From Myxococcota bacterium (GTDB taxonomy: Bacteria; Myxococcota; JACRCW01), in assembly GCA_040752415.1 (NCBI GenBank), contig JBFMGU010000290.1, positions 1 through 12,932 of the forward strand: a DNA stretch of 12,932 nucleotides, written 5' to 3'. The position numbers and the translations under genes are program-made. Positions 6,567 through 12,932 of the stretch are shown here, piece after piece (the stretch's first letter is position 1; each line of letters opens with the position of its first letter). The notes beneath the pieces were generated by a model. The model was given only the letters and a program-made list of their open reading frames with translations, was not told the DNA's origin and made no database searches.

Positions 6567-7937
6567 TCACGCGCTGGGCGGGGCGGAGCGCGGTGTTCCG
6601 TCGGGTGACGTCGTGGGAACCCGGGGCGTGGCCGAGCCATCCGCGAGCGCGCGACGGCCCAGGGGCGGAAGCCCTCTCACGCCGGTGATGAGCCGCGCGC
6701 CGCGTTGATACGTGAGGTACGCGTAGGCCCAGTTGAGCAGCACCATGACCCGGTTGCGGAAGCTGATGAGGAAGAAGAGGTGCACGGCCAACCACGCCAG
6801 CCACGCCACAAAGCCGCTCAGCCTCAGCCTACCCACCCACGCAATGGCACGTGAGCGGCCAATCGTCGCCATGGAGCCCTTGTCCCAGTAGTGGAAGGTC
6901 TCTCTCGGCTCACCGCGCATGTCGCGCGCCAGGTTCCGCGCCACGCACCGACCCTGCTGCATGGCCACCGGGCTCACGCCGGGAAGCGGCTTTCCGCCCT
7001 GGTGCAGGAACGCGGCCATGTCGCCAATGACGAAGACCTCCGGGTGCCCGGGGATGCTGAGGTCCGGCTCCACCAGCACGCGACCCGCGCGGTCCAGCGG
7101 CACGTTCAACGACCTGGCCAGCGGTGAGGCCTTGATGCCGGCGGCCCAGATCACCGTCGAGGATGGAATCTTCTCTTCGCCCAGCCACACCGTGTCGGGC
7201 TCCACGCGCGTGACCGCCTTGCCCAGCCGCAGCTCACCACCCAGGTCCTGGAGCTGACGCATGGCGCTCCGCTGCAGCTCCTCGGGGAAACCGGCCAGGA
7301 TGGTGGGACCGGCCTCCAGCAGGATCACACGCGCCTCCGCGGGATTGATGCGACGGAAGTCCTGCGAGAGCACGGTGCGTGAGAGCTCGCAGATGGAGCC
7401 CGCCAGCTCCAGTCCGGTGGGCCCACCGCCGACGACGACGAAGGTCAGCAACGTCTTGCGGATGTCCGGGTCCTGCTCGCGCTCCGCCGCCTCGAACGCC
7501 AGCAGCACGCGCCTGCGGATCTCCACCGCGTCGTCGACGGACTTGAGTCCGGGCGCCAGCTTCTCCCACTCGTCGTGGCCGAAGTAGCTGGTCTGTCCTC
7601 CCGCGGCCAGCACCAGGTGGTCATACGGAAGCTGTCCTCCGTCGACGAGAAGAACCCGCTTGCCTTCCGTGTCCACGCTGGCCACGTCGCCCAGCAGCAC
7701 CGTCACGTTGCGACAGCTCCGGAGCACGGAGCGGATGGGTGCGGCGATGTCCGCGGGCGAGAGACCCGCAATGGCCACCTGGTAGAGCAACGGCTGGAAC
7801 AGGTGGTGATTGGTGCGGTCCACCAGCGTGACGTCGACGGGCAGGGTCCGCATGGCCTTGGCGGCTTCCAGCCCGCCGAATCCACCACCCACGATCACCA
7901 CGCGCTTGCGCTCGCTGCTTGCTCCCACGGCTGGCAT
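6567..7937 (-). CDS. ndh: Type II NADH:quinone oxidoreductase (NDH-2)
   Basis: 'VVIVGGGFGG', 'NHHLFQPLLYQVA', second dinucleotide motif 'VVVGGGPTGLELAG', 'IWAAG', 'VFVIGD', 'PVAMQQG', 'DKGSMATIGR' and 'WLAVHLFFL'. Confidence 0.95.
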   Translation of the reverse strand: MPAVGASSERKRVVIVGGGFGGLEAAKAMRTLPVDVTLVDRTNHHLFQPLLYQVAIAGLSPADIAAPIRSVLRSCRNVTVLLGDVASVDTEGKRVLLVDGGQLPYDHLVLAAGGQTSYFGHDEWEKLAPGLKSVDDAVEIRRRVLLAFEAAEREQDPDIRKTLLTFVVVGGGPTGLELAGSICELSRTVLSQDFRRINPAEARVILLEAGPTILAGFPEELQRSAMRQLQDLGGELRLGKAVTRVEPDTVWLGEEKIPSSTVIWAAGIKASPLARSLNVPLDRAGRVLVEPDLSIPGHPEVFVIGDMAAFLHQGGKPLPGVSPVAMQQGRCVARNLARDMRGEPRETFHYWDKGSMATIGRSRAIAWVGRLRLSGFVAWLAWLAVHLFFLISFRNRVMVLLNWAYAYLTYQRGARLITGVRGLPPLGRRALADGSATPRVPTTSPDGTPRSAPPSA

Positions 7938-7991
7938 GATGGCGCGCTCCCTGGCCGCATCCCGTTGAGATGCCCTCGCGGCCAGTGCGCT

Positions 7992-8783
7992 CTAACGGAG
8001 CCGCGCGTCGCCGACAACGCCTCCGCGGTGCTTGCTTCTCGTCGGAGAACGTGTCGGAATCAGGGGACGGCCTGAGGCGCGCCTCCGCCAGCTCAGCCAC
8101 GCACCACCTGCCACCAACAGCACCGCGGCGACTCCCGGGGTCCAGCGTGTGTCCTCGTCGTTCGCGTCGGGGGAGCTCAGGAGCGCGGGGTGCGGGGTGC
8201 GGGCCGGCGCGGCGCGGGTTGGGGCCTCCTCGTCGCCGGACTGGTGCTGCTGGCCGCGCAAGACCCACGCCGCGGCGAGCAACGCGCGGGAGGTCTGCTC
8301 CGGGTCCCCGGTTCGCACCAGCGCGCGCCGACATGCATCGTCGTCATCCGGATTGAGCGGGTCGGAGCCGCAGCGCACCTCGTCACCGTCACGCATGCCG
8401 CCGGAGTCGGTGTCGGAGCGGAGCGGGTCGGTGTCCAGGTCCTCGTCCATGCGCGCGGGCATCCCGTCCACCACCTCCAGTCCGTCGGGAATGCCGTCGC
8501 CGTCGGTGTCCTCGTCGTCGGGGTCGGTGCCCAGCTCCTCCTCCTGGACGTTGCTCAGCTCGTCGTCATCCGGGTCCGCCAGCTGGATGTCCCACGTCGC
8601 CCCGTCGTCGTCCTCGGCTTCCTCCAGCTCTTCGTCCAGCGCCTCCAGGTCCTCCCCGTCGGGAATCTCCTCGTCGTCGGCGTAGATGTCCTCGTTCCAG
8701 GGTTGGATGGCGCCGGGAGTGGGCGCGGCGGAGGCTGCACCGACGGCCAGGAGCCAGACAGCCACCACCGTCCTCGTTCCCAT
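7992..8783 (-). CDS. Exported acidic protein with bacterial TSP3-like (DxDxDG) Ca-binding repeats and C-terminal TM anchor
   Basis: Signal peptide 'MGTRTVVAVWLLAVGAASA'; long D/E-rich tract; repeats 'GTDPDDEDTDGDGIPDGLE' and 'TDPLRSDTDSGGMRDGDEVRCGSDPLNPDDD'; TM segment 'GVAAVLLVAGGAWLSW' followed by RRR; GAGGT SD upstream. Confidence 0.75.
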   Translation of the reverse strand: MGTRTVVAVWLLAVGAASAAPTPGAIQPWNEDIYADDEEIPDGEDLEALDEELEEAEDDDGATWDIQLADPDDDELSNVQEEELGTDPDDEDTDGDGIPDGLEVVDGMPARMDEDLDTDPLRSDTDSGGMRDGDEVRCGSDPLNPDDDDACRRALVRTGDPEQTSRALLAAAWVLRGQQHQSGDEEAPTRAAPARTPHPALLSSPDANDEDTRWTPGVAAVLLVAGGAWLSWRRRASGRPLIPTRSPTRSKHRGGVVGDARLR

Positions 8784-8793
8784 GGACCACCTC

Positions 8794-9639
8794 TCAACCC
8801 ACCGGCTCGTCGGAGCGCAGCCGCGACGCGGGCCATGTGGGCACCACCCTCAACTCGTTGCGCACGCTCCGCACACCGGGGATGGCCCACGCGCGGGATT
8901 CCACCAGCGTGCTGACGTCGTGGGAGCGCACCGTGCCGCGCAGGGTGACCACGCCCCCGGACGAGTCCACGTGGACCCGCGCGGTCTCCCCGTTGCCCAC
9001 GAGGCGCAGGCGCACCATCCACCGGATCCACAGGTCCACGTCGGCGTTGCCGCGCGGTGGGCCCGCCCTCACCCAGCGTGCAGCGCGCTCCTCCCAGCGC
9101 TCCGTGGAGAAATCCGGGAGCGGTGTGCGCACCACGCTGATCACGCCCCGGACGCCCCGCTGCGAGGCCACCCGGTCCAACGCGTACAGGTGCTCGGACT
9201 CATTTCGGGCACGGCCACCCAGCAGCACCATCCCGTTGGCGACGGAAACCACGTGCATCCGTCCGCTGCGCAGCTCGCGATCCCGACGGAACACGCGCAC
9301 CAACCCACGATGGACGCGCTCATCCCGCGCATCCACGCGTGCGCGCTGCCGATGGGGAATGACCTGGAGCAGGTTCCGCACCTCGCGCACGCCGGCAACG
9401 GTCTCCACCAGCTCGCCCGCGTCGCGACGCATCCGCTCCGAGGCCACCTTCCCGTGCAGCGTGACCACGCCATCCTGGGCATGCACGCCAATCTGCGTGA
9501 CCGGCAACCCGTCGGCGGCCATCAGCGCCTGGCGCGCGCGATGCGTCACCCTGACGTCGGAACGCCCGGCCCAGCTCTGCGCGGGCAACACCCATGTCAG
9601 GGCACCCACCAGGGCACCCCACGCCACGTGCGTTCTCAT
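8794..9639 (-). CDS. Periplasmic triple-BON domain protein (OsmY-like), Arg-rich
   Basis: Signal peptide ending 'AQSWA'. Three BON units: 'DGVVTLHGKV...GVREVRNLLQV', 'NGMVLLGGRA...GVRGVISVV' and 'GGVVTLRGTV...GVRSVRNELRV'. Confidence 0.88.
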   Translation of the reverse strand: MRTHVAWGALVGALTWVLPAQSWAGRSDVRVTHRARQALMAADGLPVTQIGVHAQDGVVTLHGKVASERMRRDAGELVETVAGVREVRNLLQVIPHRQRARVDARDERVHRGLVRVFRRDRELRSGRMHVVSVANGMVLLGGRARNESEHLYALDRVASQRGVRGVISVVRTPLPDFSTERWEERAARWVRAGPPRGNADVDLWIRWMVRLRLVGNGETARVHVDSSGGVVTLRGTVRSHDVSTLVESRAWAIPGVRSVRNELRVVPTWPASRLRSDEPVG

Positions 9640-9846
9640 GACAGGCCCTGGCCGCCATGCGCGAAGCGCGCATCACGTCGGACGGAAATGCGGTCGCGGA
9701 ACGGTGCTTCCGTCGGGAGGAAGCCCGGAATCCGCGGCGGTGGATGGAAGGAGGAACGTGTGTGCCGGCGTCAACAACCCATGCTCAGCACGCACTCAAG
9801 CATGTGATAACCACCTGCCCACACACCCGCAACGGTCATCCCGTCG

Positions 9847-11037
9847 TCACGCGGGAGGGCGCTCACGCCGGCGGAGCTCCGCGTACACCGCGGCCATCTG
9901 CGCCAGACGCCGGCCACCGCGCGCGGGAGCCAGGGGCTCCGCCGGTGTCAGCTGCAACGCGGGATGCGCTTCCTCGACGAGACCCACGCGGGAACGCAGG
10001 TGCGCGCAGCAGGCAGTGCGCAGGTCCGCGTACGTGGGCAGCGTGATGCCGTGACCGCGCGCCAGCTTGGTGCCGTGGAAGCCCCACACACACCAGCGGT
10101 CGTCCTCACGTGACCATGCGCGCCAACGCGCGACGAACTCCCGCGGCTCCACGGCCTGCGCCAACATCTCCGGCGTGAGGCCCTGGTGCTCCAGCGCGTG
10201 CGGGCTGACGCCGTGTTGCGAGCGGATGAAGGCGTGGAAGGTCTCCCCTGTGGCGGGCCGGAACGCGGTCCACTGCAGGAGCTCGGCGGGCGGGGCGCCC
10301 TCGACGGAGACGGGCCAGCCCGTTCCCTCGCCGTGCACCAGGACCACGTGACTCTCGTCGGGACCCAGCGCCTCCAGCGTGCGCATCAGGCGGCGTCGGG
10401 GTCGCTTCTGACGACGGTGCCTCGGCGTGCGCGTGGGTGCCTCCGCGAAGGAGAGCTGGTGCTCCACCATGGCGTGGAACGGGGTCAGCATGGACGCGTA
10501 TCGGCCGGGCGCGCCCTCCAACGCGTCCAGCAGCGCGGCCACCGCCTCCACCGTCGACAAACAGTGCGCCGCGGGCTCCTTGCGGATGCGGTATTGCCCC
10601 GGTTGTGAAGGCTGCAGCCGATAGCGCGGGAGCGCGTGCAGGAGCGGGTTGGCCTGGAAGACCTTGCGCGCCTGCCACCACGTTCCATCAATCACCCACA
10701 GCGTGAGCGGCTCATCCGTGATGCGCAGCGTCCCGGCGTCCTGGGCGTCGGGGCCGGGGTAGAGCAGCGCGTGACGACGGGACGTGTCGTTCACCAACGC
10801 CCGCAGCTGCGCGTCCTCGCTGAAGTCCACGCCCACGAACAAGCGCGAACCCGGCAGCGCCTGGTGGGCCATGTGCAAGGTGCCGATGGGGTTGCGCGCC
10901 TCCCGCGGGTGCTGGAGGAAGTTCACCTGCACGGGGGGCTTGAGCGGTGTGACGGTGGCGCACCAGCACGCGCTGACGGCGCGGTGACAACGGTAGCAAC
11001 GGTTTCCGACGCGCGTGGGCGGGGGCGGGGACTGCAT
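9847..11037 (-). CDS. DTW-domain tRNA-uridine aminocarboxypropyltransferase (TapT/YfiP-like) with C-terminal DEDDh-exonuclease-like extension
   Basis: 'CYRC...CWC', 'LQHPRE', 'LLYPG', 'IDGTWWQA', 'YRIRKEP' and 'LSTVEA' are DTW motifs. ATG 11037 is chosen because the longer ORF (11151) runs through a terminator. Confidence 0.87.
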   Translation of the reverse strand: MQSPPPPTRVGNRCYRCHRAVSACWCATVTPLKPPVQVNFLQHPREARNPIGTLHMAHQALPGSRLFVGVDFSEDAQLRALVNDTSRRHALLYPGPDAQDAGTLRITDEPLTLWVIDGTWWQARKVFQANPLLHALPRYRLQPSQPGQYRIRKEPAAHCLSTVEAVAALLDALEGAPGRYASMLTPFHAMVEHQLSFAEAPTRTPRHRRQKRPRRRLMRTLEALGPDESHVVLVHGEGTGWPVSVEGAPPAELLQWTAFRPATGETFHAFIRSQHGVSPHALEHQGLTPEMLAQAVEPREFVARWRAWSREDDRWCVWGFHGTKLARGHGITLPTYADLRTACCAHLRSRVGLVEEAHPALQLTPAEPLAPARGGRRLAQMAAVYAELRRRERPPA

Positions 11038-11079
11038 GGGCGCGCAATGTAGCCCAGCAGGGCCGGCTGGCCAGCGGCC

Positions 11080-11125
11080 GAAAACGGAACGGCGGATCCC
11101 CGGAGAGCGCCCGGGAGATCCGCCG
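11080..11125 (-). terminator. Intrinsic terminator downstream of the four-BON gene
   Basis: Stem CGGCGGATC-CCCGG(11090-11103)/CCGGG-A-GATCCGCCG(11111-11125). On the minus strand it is followed by TTCCGTTTTC; it lies 22 nt after the stop codon. Confidence 0.75.
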
Positions 11126-11147
11126 GCCCCGACGGAACCTCTTGGTC

Positions 11148-12227
11148 TCATTTCACCGCGGGCTGCTTCTCCTCTCGCGACGCCTTCACCTTGAGGTCCT
11201 CGTCCACGGAGCGCACGCCCTTGACCCGGCGCGCCGTCGTCGTGGCCTCCAGCCTGTCATCCTCCGACGTCACCGTGCCGGTCAGCCTTGCCACGCCGTC
11301 CCTCACCGTGACGCGGATGTCCTCGTCGCGTAGGCGGTCGTCGGCATCCAGGGCGCGCTTGATGCTCCGCATGAGATCCTCGTCGCGTGCCTCCACCTTC
11401 TCCTGCCTGGCGCTGGGCACCACCTGAAGCTCGTTGATGACGCGACGCACGCCCTTCACCTTCATGGCGTCCGACTCCGCCGCCACCCGCGCCTCCTGCG
11501 TGGGAACCACGCCAAAGAGCGTCACAACGCCGTCCCGCGTGTCGACGTTGATGTCCAGCGCGGGCGTGTCACGGTCCGCCATCAGACGCATCTTCACCGC
11601 CGTGGTGATCATCGTGTCGCCGCCCAGACGCTCGCGGTCCGTCTCCGGGGCTTTGCGCACGTCGTCCTCCATGTCGCGAGCGATGCGGCGTGCGCCATTC
11701 TCGTCACGCTCAACTTCCTCAATCTCCGTGGCCACGCGACGGACGCCCGGCACGCTGTAGGCCAACCGAACCGCGTTGAGGTGATCATCCACCGTGATGT
11801 CCTTGCCCCTGAGGAGCACCACGCCGTTGTTCACCGAGGCGATCTCGATCCGGGCGTCCTTGAGGCCCTTGTCCTCCTTGAACGCCTTGCGCAGGCTGTC
11901 CTTGATCTGATCATCACTGGTCTTGACGATCTCCTCCCGCTCCTCCGGCACCACCTGGATGAGATTCTTCACGGAGCGCACGCCATCAACGTCCTTGGCC
12001 ACCTGCTCCGCGCGCATGCGCGCCTCCGGCGTCCGGACGCGGCCGTGGAGCGTCACCCTCCCGTCAACCGTGTCGACGTTGATGTTGCGGTCCTCCAGGT
12101 CCTTGGCGGTCAGGAGGGCAATCTTGGTCTTGCTGGTGATCCACGGGTCGGAAGGGCGCGCCTGCGCCGGACTCGCGGCGAACAGCAGCGCGGCCAGCAA
12201 CGCCGCGGTGAGCGTGGTGTTGCGCAT
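11148..12227 (-). CDS. Periplasmic four-BON domain protein (OsmY-like)
   Basis: Signal peptide 'MRNTTLTAALLAALLFAASPAQA'; four BON units ('DPWITSKTKIAL', 'DDQIKDSLRKAF', 'DTMITTAVKMRL', 'DEDLMRSIKRAL'), each with a G-x-V/A-x-L-x-G motif. AAGGA lies 8 nt before ATG 12227. Confidence 0.92.
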   Translation of the reverse strand: MRNTTLTAALLAALLFAASPAQARPSDPWITSKTKIALLTAKDLEDRNINVDTVDGRVTLHGRVRTPEARMRAEQVAKDVDGVRSVKNLIQVVPEEREEIVKTSDDQIKDSLRKAFKEDKGLKDARIEIASVNNGVVLLRGKDITVDDHLNAVRLAYSVPGVRRVATEIEEVERDENGARRIARDMEDDVRKAPETDRERLGGDTMITTAVKMRLMADRDTPALDINVDTRDGVVTLFGVVPTQEARVAAESDAMKVKGVRRVINELQVVPSARQEKVEARDEDLMRSIKRALDADDRLRDEDIRVTVRDGVARLTGTVTSEDDRLEATTTARRVKGVRSVDEDLKVKASREEKQPAVK

Positions 12228-12374
12228 CGGTGCCATCCTTGGTGTCTCACGACCATCCAACAGGTCGGAATGCCACGTGGTAACGGCGCGTCAGCGCGGG
12301 CGCCAAGTCGGCATCCCGGCAGTCGTCACGTCGGGAACGCCAGGACCCGTTGGGTGAATCCGGGATGTCCGTGC

Positions 12375-12597
12375 AGCGCGAGTCGCGTCGCTGGTACCTG
12401 TCTCGAATCTTTCATTTTGGCGTGGGCCGCCTGTAGCCGCTTCGCCTTTCTCATCTCTTCGGTACCGCCCGCCTTGGAGCGGACGAGTGCGTCGCGAGCG
12501 CGAGTCGCGTCGCTGGTACCTGTCTCGAGTTTTCTCGTTCGGCGTCGGCTCGTCTGGTACCCGCTTCGTCTTTCTCATCTTCGGTACCGCCTGCCTT
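12375..12597. repeat. Two-copy ~100-bp imperfect direct repeat (period 122 bp) with 32-bp identical head
   Basis: AGCGCGAGTCGCGTCGCTGGTACCTGTCTCGA occurs at 12375-12406 and 12497-12528. Similarity continues to ...CTTCGGTACCGCCYGCCTT, ending at 12475 and 12597. Confidence 0.9.
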
Positions 12598-12660
12598 CCG
12601 CCTTCCGTCTTTCCGTTTCGTTCTTGCGTGTTCCGTCGTGGTGCTCCTTGCTGTTGGGTT

Positions 12661-12699
12661 GAGAAAGAAAAACGGGAAATCCCACCGCGGGTCCCATTT
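12661..12699 (-). terminator. Putative intrinsic terminator/attenuator
   Basis: The minus strand reads AAATGGGA-CCCGCGGTGGG-ATT-TCCCGTTT followed by TTCTTTCTC. The stem is imperfect (bulged). Confidence 0.45.
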
Positions 12700-12870
12700 G
12701 ATTCGCGGCTGCTACGATTACCGCGGTACTCCTCCGCGCCCGTCCGGCCCACCGTGTGAGGGTGGTACATCCCATACGCCTCTGAAGCACTTGCGCCGGC
12801 CGCCGTACAGATTGGCCGGTTACGTATGGGAGCCAGCGGGCCCGTGGGCCGCTGGTTTCCCGGTCGGAAT

Positions 12871-12887
12871 CTGGCAATTCCGGTGCT
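12871..12887 (+). promoter_or_regulatory. Possible sigma54 -24/-12 promoter pointing out of the window
   Basis: CTGGCAATTCCGGTGCT: GG(12873-74)-N10-GC(12885-86). The downstream gene is not visible. Confidence 0.35.
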
Positions 12888-12932
12888 TATCTCCGTGCCA
12901 ACCCCCACTGTCTCTTAGCCCCCCAGCCAGGC

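Noticed and set aside
11038..11151. N-terminal 38-aa extension of the DTW ORF from ATG 11151
   Set aside because: It spans the intrinsic terminator of the upstream BON gene. DTW homology begins just after Met at 11037.
9673..12334. Shared TCACGTCGG 9-mer upstream of both BON genes (9673-9681, 12326-12334)
   Set aside because: The distances to the start codons differ greatly and similar ACGTCG words are frequent in this GC-rich sequence, so it is not distinguishable from chance.
12375..12528. Mini CRISPR array (32-bp identical repeats)
   Set aside because: There are only two copies, the 90-bp 'spacer' is too long and is itself homologous to the sequence after the second copy, and there are no cas genes.
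12884..12901. Canonical minus-strand sigma54 promoter TTGGCACGGAGATAAGCA
   Set aside because: The GG-to-GC spacing is 11 nt rather than the strictly required 10, so it is kept only as context for the structured-RNA candidate.
12291..12908. 205-aa minus-strand ORF and smaller ORFs in the terminal region
   Set aside because: They run through the DNA repeats and a terminator-like stem, have atypical composition and contain no domain motifs.

Overview
GC-rich chromosomal window, probably from a Myxococcota bacterium (inferred from a MYXO-CTERM-type sorting signal and a stand-alone E2 catalytic-domain gene). The most striking element is non-coding: a complete YrlA-type Y RNA (262-390), a circularly permuted tRNA mimic (T-arm, closed acceptor stem, D-arm) enclosed by a terminal stem. 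It lies just downstream of a sigma54-type -24/-12 promoter and two in-phase TATC-N6-GATA-like boxes. No Ro60/TROVE or rtcB gene follows it within the window; a GNAT acetyltransferase gene starts 30 nt after it instead. The + strand continues with a lipoyl-less 2-oxoacid dehydrogenase E2 catalytic domain, a cNMP-like/PilZ-like protein, a surface-sorted GH15-like hydrolase and ybaK. The - strand carries a receiver-less winged-helix regulator, a type II NADH dehydrogenase, an acidic DxDxDG-repeat membrane-anchored protein, two paralogous multi-BON proteins and a DTW (TapT-like) protein fused to a degenerate DEDDh-like domain. The last ~570 bp are non-coding, with a ~100-bp duplicated GGTACC-rich element and a hairpin-dense segment ending in a terminator-like stem. 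All calls come from reading motifs by eye; no searches were run.
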